Positions 13,238 through 27,910 of a DNA stretch of 64,000 nt are shown here, piece after piece; within the stretch, counting starts at the first letter, position 1; each line of letters begins with the position of its first letter. The DNA is from Eledone cirrhosa. Its lineage: Eukaryota. The stretch spans positions 17,608,001 through 17,672,000 of the forward strand of contig OZ024743.1 in the NCBI GenBank assembly GCA_964016885.1, in the 5' to 3' direction. The position numbers and the translations under genes were made by a program. The notes beneath the pieces are model-generated. The model was not told the DNA's origin. It saw nothing but the letters and a program-made list of their open reading frames with translations, and ran no database searches.

Positions 13238-13663
13238 TATATATTCATTATATTAAGGCTAAATAGTGAGTCTTGTTATTCTGGAATTTTGCCTGCTTAT
13301 AACATGGCCATCTGACAAGAACTAACGTTACATTAGCAGACACAGTATATATACGGAAACCTTGAGATGGGCGAGGTAATATTATTGAGAAGAGGTAATA
13401 TATATCTACAAGTATAAAGAATGGGCTCAACAGGAGAAATGTTATCAGGATGAGATATATAATAGGGCAAACACTCTTAAAAGACGTGAAAATAAGTTAC
13501 CATCAGCCGCATTTAGCGGATATCTGTTTGATATGGGGTTAATTTCTTCATATCATGCAATCGCAACTTCTTTTTCGATATTTCCATGGTATTCACCCTA
13601 TTCTATACGCAACCTTTATAGCATAGCTGCGCTGGAGCAATATACTTATATATATATTATCTC

Positions 13664-13664
13664 A

Positions 13665-13729
<65 letters not shown>

Positions 13730-13796
13730 CACTACTACTACTAGTAATAATAATAATGGCAATAATAAAAGATATTATTATTATTATTATTATTAT
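13664..13796. repeat. (CTA)n/(TAA)n/(TTA)n trinucleotide tracts
   Basis: Direct reading. Confidence 0.95.
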
Positions 13797-14428
13797 ACAG
13801 TTGCATTTATCTTGCTTTATGTTCATAGGTGTTATCACCAAGTCACAACCAGTGAACTCAAGAGACAACAAGGTCCGCCATGTTCAAGAAATAACATGCA
13901 TACACACACATGCATATTTAGGTGTTTAGACTTGTGATGTACTTATATTGACAGACTCTTCCTTAGTATATGGGCAGTTCCCATTAGTACTATATTTTGG
14001 ATTTCTCCTATACGCGGATTTGCTAGGATTTGCGATAAGTAATCATTAGACCCCTTAGGTATCATTCCTAGAGAGCCTACAACCACTGGTATTGTTTTAG
14101 TTCTCAATTTCCACATTTTTCCAATTTATATCCCCAGGTCCTTATACTTGCTCAATTGTTTCAAATGTTTTTATAGATACATTGTTGTCTATTGGAACGG
14201 ACATATCAATTAGCAGACATACTCTCTTTTTAAAGTCATTCAATATTATATCAGGTCTATTTGCATCTATTTTTCGGTCTGTTTGGATTTTAAAGTTCCA
14301 CAAGATTGAGATGTGATCTTTTTCAAGTATGGGAGGTGGTTGATGCTCCCACCAATTCTTTTCATGGGGCAGGTCAAAATGCTTACACAGTATCCAATGT
14401 ATCTATTGTGCAGCTCTGTCATGCCTGT
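13797..14428 (-). mobile_element. 5'-truncated Dong/R4-clade RLE LINE (family DongA), 3' end
   Basis: Aligns to 49480-50110 and 57104-57735 (3' UTR and RLE domain ...RPDII...KTIPVVVG.LG). The 3' end abuts (TTA)n. Confidence 0.9.
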
Positions 14429-14429
14429 T

Positions 14430-14600
14430 AGCGGTGAATTGGCAGTATGAGGGTCGGACATGCTTCACAGCATAGTTACGTCCCAAATCCTGCCGAGGTT
14501 AACTTTGCCTTTCATCCTTACGGGGTCCATAAAATAAAGTACCAGTAATGCACTGGATAATTGCTGGCCTCGTGCCAAAAGTAGAAACAATTATTATTAT
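14430..14600 (+). mobile_element. SINE family S1
   Basis: Same head, core and tail as 7725-7915; ends in a (TTA)n-like tail. Confidence 0.85.
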
Positions 14601-15261
14601 TCTTCTTATTATTATGTTATTATTATTATTCGTCCTCATATTTCTGATGGTGTCTTGGGGGTAGATTCTCCAGACACTCCATCATGTAAGAAGTCAGAAG
14701 CAACCATCACCAAATGGATAGAGAGAAACAGAGTAGCAAGAATCTGACCATATCGATCCCATCGTCCTGCAGACCCGATCATCACAGTTATATACATTTT
14801 CAAAGTCGCCAAAATAATTGATTGGTTGCGCTGCGGCTGGGATGAAAACCGCACATAGCTGGGACTCAATCATCTCCCTGCATCACTTTGCCAGACACCT
14901 GCATAGACTTTATCGGGCAGGCTTAACAATGTTATCTCTCAATAATAGGAAAAATAAATGTTGTATCCATATTTGAAAAAAGGATCATCATTCCCGAATG
15001 CCATTGCTTAAGGACCTTTCCAGCTATCCAAGCCACCTGGTTAATAAGAGACTACCAGTATAAAATTTCCTCAATTTATCAAATTGTACTTCAGACTTAT
15101 ATCAATCGGCGCCATATATTTTGCAACAACCTGAACAATTACCAAACACCATTTAGATGCACTCATCCCTCCACCATTCTTAACTTTACAAACATCGTGA
15201 ATATTGGTAATCGGTATAGTTAAAAATTATTTAAAGTAAAACTTCTTAGCAAGCTTCCTAA

Positions 15262-15356
15262 ACAACACACACACATGCACGCGCACACTTTCACACACAC
15301 ACACGTACATAGAAACACACATAGCACACACACACACACACATACACACACACACG

Positions 15357-15422
<66 letters not shown>
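15262..15422. repeat. (CA)n/(TA)n microsatellite
   Basis: Direct reading. Confidence 0.95.
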
Positions 15423-15423
<1 letters not shown>

Positions 15424-16989
15424 GTTTATGTATTTGTACTGCAACATTTTGATGTGAAGTCATGTGTACAAACAAAAAATCGTTATTTTGGGCTAAAGCC
15501 CTGCGGTTACAGACATGATACAAGATAGAGCCATATCTCTAAATGTATCTCCCCCTTTCTCTCTTTCTGTATATATATGTCCATATGTATATATGGGTGT
15601 GTGGTGTTTATATATGTGTGGTCGCTGTGTTACCATAAGTGTCATTATTCATAGCTTATCTTTTAGAAACTATACCTCAAAATTCAGTTCTGCATTGGTG
15701 ATCAATCAACCTCTTTGAACTGATTTACTATTTTAATTTTAATTGAAAACCATGCTATAAAAACAACATTTAAAACTCAAATATTCTTAAACTTCATTCT
15801 TTTGAAAAAAGTATATTTTTGTATTTATATATCTATATAATGTACACATTATATAATTAATTCCCAAGAAATTAATGGGTTCATTCACGGCTGCATTAAA
15901 TTACTATTTTTGAATAGAATTTTCAGATTAGTTATTTATCATTTTCTGATATATCATTTTCCTACCGAAATTAATTAACTTAATAGATTATTTAACCTTT
16001 TAATGTGTCAAGTAATAATATCGTAATTAAATTAATTTCCCAAGTGATTGTGTAAGCCATATATTTGCGCATTGAATGCCTTAGAGGATTTTGCCAGAAC
16101 AATCGACGTCGTTACTCGCATAATAATTGTATGTGCAAATATTAAAATAACATCTGTTCCAGAAGCATCCTGGGCATAATTGTCAATGCTGGAACATTGA
16201 GATGCGTATTAAATATTCATACATACCCTATTCTTAAATATTAGATGGATGAAGTAAGGCCTGATAATCGGAGGACTGGTATCTCGGTTAAACTAAAAAT
16301 ATCAGTCTGAAAATGCAGTACAATTTGCGAAGGAGTCTTTCAGGTACTACATAATATTTCAGCTTGTAAAATTAAAACTATGCTCCGAAAATAGCCGTTC
16401 TGTTATTTATTATCGTTACTGATGAACATTTTCTGTTTTGTTGCCTTTAGAATTCAATGAATGATAGAAATACTAATTAAAACAATAGTTCTTAAATAAT
16501 CATAATCTAATACGTTTTACGTGATAATCAATCGTTATACAGAAACATCTCTTTGAAATATACATATATATTTTTTAAAGATTTGGTAACATTTGAGCGT
16601 ATGTGAGTCCTCTCACGTTGCCTTTCTTACACACTTTTCTTCCTTGTAATACATTGTATCTTCAAACAGTCATATATGGTGATCATTATAGGGGTTGCTT
16701 ATCTATCGATCAATTTATGTGTTACGATAATTGTTAATGACATTCTGGTTTCTCATCATGCCAAGATAAGTTTAATTAAACTCCATTCAAAGGCCACAAA
16801 TTACTTGTTATTAGGATAGCTTATGTTTACTCTTCATTATAGTTACGTTACGTCTGAGATCAAAATTCTCCAGAACACCTGCCGCATTTGACGATTTACC
16901 TACACTTGTGACTCCAGTATTCCAGGTTGGCCGAAGAAGAAGAAGTATGGTGTTCGACTCTCTACCGATACTCGGACACCAGGATTTGC

Positions 16990-17150
16990 AATATAGAGCT
17001 ACGGTCCTTTACAGTCTGAGTTCAAACCCGGCCCGAGTTAACTTTGCCTTTCATCCTTTCGGGGTCGATAAAATAATGGACCAGTAACGTCCTTGGGTCG
17101 ATTTAATCCACTTTCCCCGCCCACCAAATTACTGGCCTTGTGCCAATACA
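16990..17150 (+). mobile_element. SINE family S1, diverged
   Basis: CTGAGTTCAAACCC...GCCTTTCATCCTTTCGGGGTCGATAAAAT...CTGGCCTTGTGCCAA. Confidence 0.8.
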
Positions 17151-19229
17151 ATAAATCAATATACTGAAATAATGCAAGGAAGAAATTCGATGCAAATACA
17201 TTTTTAGAAGGTTGGCTATTTCTATAGAACCAAAGAGACAACTACGACATCGGCACGTCTGAATACCGGAAGAAGAGGAAGATTCGTTTTTTCACTGTGC
17301 TCTGCTAAATGATGGCATTTAGTTCAATGGCAATACTTACGATAATGGGTTAAATTTGTACATATTCGGATGTGTCTTATAGATTAATATACGTAATATT
17401 TAGAAACACAAATCATAAATATCTCATACCATATGAATTTGAAGGGCTGCCTATGATTTCGAAGGTCAATCGTGCTTTAAATCTGAAATTGTTATGGATT
17501 AACAGGGACTCTACAATAAATGAATTTCTGTGCGTTATTATGCTGAAAATAAGTAGTTGCCATTACTGCTTTAGGGAAGTGGGACTCCAATGAAGTCATT
17601 CAGGCAATACATTTAAATGAGGATCCTTTTACATCATATCCCCACCTCCGGGAAGCAATAAAATGAATTATATAGTGAATAAAATTATCAAACCCAGACA
17701 AAATCCCACAACCATTCACATGTGATGCTTTAACAATGCATCATCTGTATTGCTCCGAACGCTTATATAGTTAGTATTAAAAACGGCAGAATTTATATTT
17801 AGAATTCAGAAAAAAATCAACAAATATTGCATGTATTCTTTTGTAAGCTTTTACGATACTGCTAATATACAGACCTATACATATATATGATATAAATATC
17901 TACAGGTGACATCTTGTTATTCGTAATAAAACAGGAGCATATTTGTGTTGCAGATTAAAATGGAGAGATAAATCTGTATTACATAACTTGAGGGAAATAA
18001 TTGCGCATGTCTTCGGTATGCTGGACTATTAAACGCCGCGGTGAATAAACCTCTGGATTTCGCTGTTATATATAGTACCGCATATTATTTTCTTGACATG
18101 TTTCTCATGTGTTTATTGAAACCTCAACAGCGTCAAATTTGTTCAATCAGCTTAGAATTAAATATTTGTATTACATAGGAACACTGTTCGTTACATTAGA
18201 TCGACTTTAATTCCAAAGAGGCAAAGTTGGCAATAAAGTAATCAACAAGCGTAACATTTTAACTTGTTGACAATTATCCAGGATACATTAGGTCAGATAT
18301 ATTCCAGGTCTTTAAATATTCCGAAGCTGAATAGGGAATCATTGTCCCTCTGTGTTTAGAATAAAGAAGCGCAAATAACTTCTATTTCCATATTGACTTT
18401 AGCTTCAGGAATGGAAATATATTCCATAACAGCATTAAAGAAATTTCTAGTACAAGGTGTAAGGATAGCAACATTTTCGATTAAGGTAACACCCTAATCC
18501 AAGGCATTCAAAAATAAGTATCCTGCATTTAAACAGATTGTATGTTTCCTTCAATGGCAATATAGTTGTTGGTGTTTCGCCAGAGAGGAGGGTGTATTCT
18601 CTTCCTGTAGCTGAAACGACAAAATCCACAGATAATTAAATCAAGGACTTCAGTGTATTGAAATGTTTGTTATAATCTTTGCGTAAAAAAAGACGGTTCT
18701 AACGTATTATGAAACGTTTCTCTTGAGATTATTATTGTCAGTTGGTGTAAGACTAACTATTATAAATCTTGGGTTCAATTCTTGAGTGTGAGGAGCGATG
18801 TGTTGTAGTGAAAGACAGTTCATTTATTAGCATCTACTGAAAATTGCTAAGGCAGGAGTAGCAAGGAGATTTAGCCTGTAATTTGACGGACTAACTGTTC
18901 AACAAGGACTTCTGAACACTCAGCCGCCTAAGGTCAAAATAATCTGTGATATGCATCGACCCGATGGGCTTCTAGGCTTAATACAGAGTTTAGAAGTTTT
19001 AAGAAATTACGATAAGTTCCATTCTTTTTCGCCTTACTGTGTGACCAGCAATAGGATGGCTTCTCCATAAATAGTAATGTCTGAATAATTCATTTACTTG
19101 GACTGGACCTTGCTATGATGTGTTGTAGCCCTAGCACTAGTGAAACATATCATTGTACCGTATTCTCTTGTTTTAGTGTTCTTGATAAAATTTCATTGAC
19201 ATACTCACACACACGTGTACGTGTACCCC

Positions 19230-19340
<111 letters not shown>

Positions 19341-19807
19341 TGACCACTGCCACGTCACAGTTCTTAGCCATTTTGAATTCGTTTCTGGTGGGGATCATTT
19401 AAGAAAAATCTTCGTCCAAGTGAGTTTGTTTGTTGATCATTTCGAAGCTCGAGAATTTATCCTTCATCGGATATTTCCAAAAGCGAATGAAATCCCTAGG
19501 GGTAGAACCGTAATCCGGGTATGTTTATATACATTTGTTTTTCTAACTTTAATTTTAAACCTAATTGTGTATGGTTGACGATATATTTAATCGATTTCCA
19601 CGTGCTATTGAAATGGTGGGTAAATATTCTCTAGCCGTTGATCGCGAATAGATAGCTGTCGTTTATTTATCTATTATTTCTTTTTAGGTGCCTTTTAATC
19701 TTATAGCCTGGTTGAATTGCTTTTTTGTGTGGTTGATTATGCTGATTGGGAGAGGAAATGGTGTATATATCTTATGAGATGATTCTATGGACATAATTTA
19801 ATTTATA

Positions 19808-19858
<51 letters not shown>

Positions 19859-19919
19859 TAGAACACTGGAATGTAATATCCGTATTGGTAGAACACTCAG
19901 TCCATGGGGCGAGATAGGT

Positions 19920-21088
19920 AGAAGTGGTTACACAACAGTTAGTTCACCATCCCGAGAACAATTGTTTCATCTTAGAGGATCCTCACCTAACATGGACATG
20001 GTTATACGGAACCGGAAGGACAACCGTACGAACGCGCATGCGCAGAAACGATCACGTCACAGAGGCAATACTAAATTGCGTGCAAGACGTTTAAGGGAGA
20101 TAACTGCGAAATTCCAAAAGTATTTAGTTGATAAGAAAATAAGGATGGTGTTGTAATTCAATCCGGAGATTTGTAGTTATGTAACATGTGTTTCCAGACG
20201 TGTGGACAACGTGTGAAGAATTCATTTATTGAGCTTAGGCAAGCACTATTGCCTAATCTCTTTAGAATATTTATTCGTTCATCGATACATTATCCACAAG
20301 ACGGATTGCCCCGTGCATATGACTTGGACTTAGTGATGGCTTCCATTCTATGGAGTAGTGTATACTTGAGTCCTAACTGACCATACGTGGTTCGCGAGAT
20401 TCGTGGATGAATGTCTGCCCGAGTACTTAAATGTAGATTGGTGGTTCAGGAAGCATTCCTTAAATCGGCGCTCCGCCATACCCACATAGGATTTGGTATC
20501 CTGTGGTTGATTTGTTCTGTTGGAAGTGACCACAGCTTCATAAACTACAGCGGGTGTGTTGCATTGCTGTTCAATGGGACAAGCTTCGGGCTTACGGCAA
20601 GAGCACCCAGGTGGGGTGTTGTCCTTTGGGCTGTAGGTGATGTGGGCCTTCATGTTCTTAGCGCCGGAGTATCCTAGTTTTACTTTGTGTCGGTTAAATA
20701 TGGAGCGGTATTTATGACCTATGGGAAAGTGTATATCTAAGAGAGCTAGAAATATTTTGCTTTCATTCGTTTTAACGTTGAGTGAGAAGGGAGGGGAAAA
20801 CCAGATAGTTGTCTAATGTCTACAATAGTAACTACAAAGCTCCGGATTGTATTACAACAACATCCTAATTTTCTTATCAACTAGAAAGTTTTGGACCTTC
20901 GCAGTTATCTCCCTTACACCTATCGCACGCAATTTAGAATTGCCTGTGTGAAGTGATCGTTTCTGTGCATGCGCATTCGTGCGGTTTTCCTTCCTGTTCA
21001 GTATAACCATGTCCATTACATGCTGCGGATCCACTAAGGTTAAACAATTGTTCTCGGTATGGTGAACTAAGTGTTGTGTAACCATTTC
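19920..21088. repeat. ~260-bp imperfect inverted repeat pair (19920-20180 and 20828-21088)
   Basis: GGTTACACAACAGTTAGTTCACCAT...CAATCCGGAGATTTGTAGTTA matches the reverse complement of 20828-21088 at roughly 80% by eye. Confidence 0.85.
20260..20815 (-). mobile_element. PLE GIY-YIG endonuclease fragment
   Basis: GCSCRKPEACPIEQQC...VVYEAVV...YVGMAERRFKE...H...F...STNLANHVW, preceded by IWFSPPFSLNVKTN-like sequence. Same lineage as 38490-40185. Confidence 0.85.
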
Positions 21089-21422
21089 GAGCAATGATAC
21101 TAACGGTGAGTAACCCCACTGAAAGGTTTCGTGAAATAGTATTTTTAAGACGATATAGTGCATTTGTAGATTTTTCCAAATTGACGGATAAGTTTTTATT
21201 CTTGATTTTATTTTGAGTTGAGATTCTATTCGTTTTTTTACTTTGATTACAGTAAATCTGAGGATAAACATTTTTTATCTTGACTTGTTTTGAATTAGGA
21301 ATGAAATATTTTCCCATAGCTTACGTTAAATATTTTTCATCTTGATGTAATAGTCACTAATATGTCTGAATTACTGTCCGCTATTTATTCACATAAATTT
21401 CTCTATTTTCATTTATATATAA

Positions 21423-22833
<1,411 letters not shown>

Positions 22834-23230
22834 GTCCCTCCGTATGCCTGTCCATTAAATATCATCAATAACATCAAAACAAAAGGAGAACTTAATGCCT
22901 TGAAAACTTTTGGTAATTTCTCATATGTTGGTATTTTTATCACTAACATAACATTTAATGGCTTATATATGAAATACTCTCATTACGTATAATAATCGTA
23001 TTTTTCCTGCTGAGGGTAGATGTAATGATATACAATGTAATCTATGGTGAACTTTCTATGACGTGAGCCTTTATTATTCTTTGAAATACAAATTGTATTC
23101 CCTTTCGTTTTATATATGTACATATCATTTATTCATAATGTGAGATTCTACAAATATAGCATACATAAACAATACCAATATGATATAAAAACAAAAATAT
23201 GAAGATATATGTGTATATAGATATACACAT

Positions 23231-24797
23231 TAATATAAATTAATATATGATAAACACAAATACAATTATATAAGTGCTTGTATTGCAAATGACCAAGTTA
23301 GCTAGATTGAAAAATATTAATTAAAATTAATACAGTTTGCCTGTCTCGATTTAAAATAATAAACCAATAAAAACAAACCCATATTGGCAATAGCCGTGAT
23401 ACCTGGACACATTTAAATTTCAAAACCCAAATCAGTTCCGTAGACAAATCTCAATTTCAAAACTCAAATTCGTTTAGCAACGATAAGTGAAAATTCCATT
23501 TCTGTGCTCTTCGGCAGGTATCCAGAAATTAGTATGTTTTCACTTCAAAATACTTAGGAGGACTGATAGAGAAGTGTTTAACGCACATGGTTTCTCAGCG
23601 CCTAGCCAGCCGTATACTCGTGCCGCTAGAAATAACGGCCGTTTTATGGGACTAAAATTAGCTCAACAAAAGGAGCCGTTAATACTATATATAGAGTCAT
23701 AAACTCAAACAGTCTTTTACAATTAAATAGCTCAAAGAACGGCTCCTTTTTTTGAGCTAAATTTTAGTCCCATAAAAACGGCCGTTATTCCTAGCGGCAC
23801 GAGTATAGGGCTGTCTATGCGCTGAGAAACCATGTGCGTTAAACACTTCTCTATGAGTCCTCCTAAGTATTTTGAGGTGAAACATACTAATTTCTGGATA
23901 CCTGCCGAAGAGCACAGAAATGGAATTTTCGCTTATCCTTGCGAAACGAATTTGAGTTTTGAAATTTAGATTTGTCTACGGAACAGATTTGGGTTTTGAA
24001 ATTTAAATGTGTCCAGGTATCACGGCTATTGCCAATATGGGTTTGTTTTTATTGATTTATTATTTTAAATCGAGACAGGAAAACTGTATTAATTTTAATT
24101 AATATTTTTCAATCTAGCTAACTTGGTCATTTGCAATACAAGCACTTATATAATTGTATTTGTGTTTATCATATATTAATTTATATTAATTTGTATTTCA
24201 CGGCTTAGAAATATCTCTTTCTTTGAGCTATTTAATTGTAAAAGACTGTTTGAGTTTATGACTCTATATATAGTATTAACGGCTCCTTTTGTTGAGCTAA
24301 ATTTTAGTCCCATAAAACGGCCGTTATTTCTAGCGGCACCAGTATACGGCTGGCTAGGCGCTGAGAAACCATGTGCGTTAAATACTTCTCTATCAGTCCT
24401 CCTAAGTATTTTGAGGTGAAACATACTAATTTCTGGATACCTACCGAAGAGCACAGAAATGGAATTTTCACTTATCGTTGAGAAACGAATTTGAGTTTTG
24501 AAATTTAGATTTGTCTACGGAACAGATTTGGGTTTTGAGATTTAAATTTTTCCAGGCATCACGGCTATTGCCAATATGGGTTTGCTTTTATTGATTTATT
24601 ATTTTAAATCGATACAGGCAAATTGTATTAATTTTAATTAATATTTTTCAATCTAGCTAACTTGGTAATTGGCAATACAAGCACTTATATAATTGTATTT
24701 TTATTTATCATATATTAATTTATATTTATTTATTTTTCACGGCTCAGAAATATCTCTTTCTTTGAGCTATTTAATTGTAAAAGACTGTTTGAGTTTA
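23231..24797. mobile_element. ~540-bp unit arranged as one copy plus ~2 inverted tandem copies (family C)
   Basis: 23231-23680 is the reverse complement of 23739-24190; ACGGCTCCTTTT recurs at 23739 and 24279; related fragment at 32423-32500. Confidence 0.88.
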
Positions 24798-25032
24798 TAT
24801 ATATATATACAGTATGTATATATATATATATAGAGAGAGAGAGAGATAATTTAATATATCTACTAACATAAGCGCACAGATGTACGCTAATGCCAGCAAA
24901 TACACAGGTTATGTCATAGTACCTAGGTGGTTCAATGCAGGAGAATGCAGAACAATAATATATAGGACGTAAAATAAGAACATTTCTTAAAAAAAATTAA
25001 AAAAAAAATTAAGTTACTTACTTAAATTTTCA

Positions 25033-25112
25033 CTCCAACTAATTAGTTTCTGCAATGGGATAAAGACAGTTACGTAATGAACTGTTGAGAATTTCATTGC
25101 GTCATCAGGGAG
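25033..25112 (-). ncRNA. Type I hammerhead ribozyme
   Basis: Minus strand: CTCC-CTGATGA-cGCAATG...CATTGCa-GAAA-CTAATTAG-TT-GGAG. Stem III palindrome ACTAATTAGT; GUU site; mismatch at the base of stem II. Confidence 0.78.
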
Positions 25113-25589
25113 GTCATTCTCAGCCGAGTCTCCAGGCGATGCGCGGACACTGGGGACTCATATAAAAATAATAATCATTCGGCAACTGGAACAGCTATGG
25201 AGGACTGGATTCCAGCCACTGAAAATTCTCACTGCCACTGATCATATGGCCGATTCTAAAGAATCAATCACGTGACACAGAGGCTAGTCAGTAGGAATGG
25301 GATGGTAAGATGACAGACGCTTACTAACACCCCCCAAAAAAAATTTAGACGTGGTTTTGGCAGGTTTGCTCGACAAATCAGTGATTTGGAGATAAATATA
25401 GATAATTTAATATATCTACTAACATAAGCGCACAGATGTACGCTAATGCCAGCAAATACACAGGTTATGTCATAGTACCTAGGTGGTTCAATGCAGGAGA
25501 ATGCAGAACAATAATATATAAGACGTAAAATAAGAAAATTTATTTAAACAAATTTGTTTAAAAAATTAACTTACTTACTTAAATTTTCA

Positions 25590-25669
25590 CTCCAACTAAT
25601 TAGTTTCTGCAATGGGATAAAGACAGTTACGTAATGAACTGTTGAGAATTTCATTGCGTCATCAGGGAG
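25590..25669 (-). ncRNA. Type I hammerhead ribozyme, second copy in family D
   Basis: Identical to 25033-25112, 557 nt away. Confidence 0.78.
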
Positions 25670-25679
25670 GTCATTCTCA

Positions 25680-25803
25680 TATATATTTATTAAAATAACA
25701 GATTAAAGTTTAAGCAAAGAATCGGTGCTTTCACCCTTAACGTGTTCTTCTGAAACTAAAAAAATCAATCTGTGAACGCAGAATTAAATATTTCAAAGAA
25801 CGT
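25680..25803 (-). mobile_element. Fragment of the repeat also at ~1840-1960 (decayed HHR-like core)
   Basis: Reverse complement matches TTAGTTTCAGAAGA...TTAAGGGTGAAAGCA.CGATTCTTTGCTTAAACTTTAATCTGTTATTTTAATA. Confidence 0.75.
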
Positions 25804-25850
25804 TGTGTGTGTGTGTGTGTGTGTGTGAGTGTGCGTGTGTGTGTGTGTGT

Positions 25851-25899
<49 letters not shown>

Positions 25900-27499
25900 T
25901 TTGTCAATATTTATAAACACTAATTATATACTATCATGACATCTCATGTGTTGCTAAATTATTTTGACTAATTAACTGACCATATACCATATGTCTATGC
26001 GCAGCATTAACACATGTATCAACTAATAAAACATTAATTACCAATAGATTGTCATAAGACAGATGTATAGCTCACAGAACATCACCAATTATAATCTTAA
26101 GAACGTAAGTGTTACGGAGAATGTGAGTCACATTGATTTTACTAAGTCTAAAATGCTGTCCAAATAAATTGGAAGATTGAATGTAACCATGCATACATTC
26201 ATACACATATACGCATATACTTGCATATATATACATGTTGGTGTGTATCTGTTTAAGTATATATATAGATGCAGATATAGAAAAAAAATATATGTGGTAT
26301 TGTTTCCTTATCATTCTTCAAATGATGTAGCCCTTTTTGAAATCTGGTATAATGATAAATTATGATATATTCATTATAGACACTGACAATATCTTACTCA
26401 TATAGAAATAATTATGGGCGAAATTATGGTTGAAATTCATTTATTGTTATTAGAGACAATCAAAACGAGATTTGAAATAGTTCATTACATTTTAACATGT
26501 AATTCCAACAAGAAGAATCTAAACAAGTGGGGTTCCGACAGCAGGTGAAAACAGAAATACGTTGATCGTGTGCGCCTCTTTTATTATTTCCTTTTCGTGT
26601 AATTTGCATCATTATACCATTGTTTTTAAGAAAATCTGTAACGTTATTTCAATACCCCTTGATATATATAACTTTAGATATAGCTATTCCTATTCGCTTC
26701 AGGTACTGCTTTGGACAACTCGTCATGGCAGATTGATCCGTTAATGCCCTGGAGTAGTTATAGAAATTTAACATATATCTTTCCGTGAGCAATTACTAGC
26801 TGTGGTCCGGAGATTCCTACCTCATTATTTGTTTGTGTTTTACTGAATGCGTTACGTTTCAACAATAATAAACTGATACTATGTAAAAAGAGTAGATTCA
26901 CAGACATCAATTAATTCCTTTAAAGGCTGTGTTGTAATTAATCAAAGATTTAACGATAAACGATATCATTACAAGCAATACAGTTTCACCTCTCCGTTAG
27001 TAGACACACAACAACAACTGTTAACTCTTCTTACTAGTATTTCTACTGGTAAAGCTACCAACTCAACACAAACTCTACTACTTAGGGTATATCTTGTCTG
27101 CATATGATTGGGTATTTGGTGTTTTTATGTCTTAATAGCTTTCATACACACTAGAATTCTTTCCCTGGCTGTTGTCACGTTTCATACCGAATATCGTACT
27201 GTAATTAAATACTCCTCCCTTTATGATACACCATATCATCACACGTTTTCTCCGATAAACATATTTCACTCTCTCACTCTGTCTATTAGTCCGACATCTC
27301 TTTCTATTTGCCTTACATCGACTATACTCACCCTTCAGTGAACAATCTTCTTCCTCACTCTCTTACTAATTCACTCAAACTTTACAAATATTAATCGTTG
27401 ATCTTAGATCTTCCATTTTATAAACATCACCATCTTGGAAACTTAGGATCATAATAACATTAACATAAATAACAACAACAACAAATACATAATAATAAT

Positions 27500-27910
27500 T
27501 TCTTTATTAGCCACACATTAAGGAAACATTAAATACTGTAGAGGACATTAGAGTGTGGGGTATTTTTGTGGAAAGTAAAATATATAAAAAAGACTAAGAA
27601 AATAAACCTTTAAAACATATCCCGAAAGATCAATCGTGGATAAATTCCACAAACGCCACGTTCACCCTGTCTGCTAGGGCAAAATAACCTCTCCCAATTT
27701 GTCTACTCCTATATACTGTCGTATGCTCAAGGCAGGCTTATTAACAGGGACAGGACTCGCCACTCTCACCCATCATGAATCTAATTGGTTTAAACGCAGC
27801 ACTTTACTCTCTACCCTGCTTTTCCTCAGTGAAACCTGAGAAATAAATCAAGGCTACGCCGAAGAGTATATTGTTTGTCTTAAACCCTTTCAAACGCATC
27901 CACCACACAG
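27500..27910 (-). mobile_element. 5'-truncated Tx1-clade LINE 3' end
   Basis: Reverse complement matches 56643-57077 (TGGTGGAT.CGTTTGAAAGGG...AATAAAGAAA). Flanked by AATAATAAT at 27491 and 27911, a candidate TSD. Confidence 0.75.

Larger units (their letters stand above)
24845..25679 (-). mobile_element. ~557-bp unit in partial tandem (1.5 copies) with two HHRs, family D
   Basis: GATAATTTAATATATCTACTAAC at 24845 and 25401; HHRs at 25033 and 25590. Confidence 0.9.

Noticed and set aside
13308-13370. CCAT-CTGACAA...GAAAC...ATGG HHR-like motif
   Set aside because: C3/A8 mismatch, no stem II and no valid NUH site.
14636-15220. Possible ancient RLE-LINE remnant on the minus strand
   Set aside because: Only vague motif resemblance; needs a translated HMM search.
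17950-18650. Possible decayed RT or host exons in non-repetitive sequence
   Set aside because: No continuous frame, recognisable domain or convincing splice pattern; small host exons cannot be excluded without RNA-seq.
19428-19475. Minus-strand CCGATGA...GAAATGATCA HHR-like motif
   Set aside because: U4 and the cleavage triplet are mutated; no stem I.
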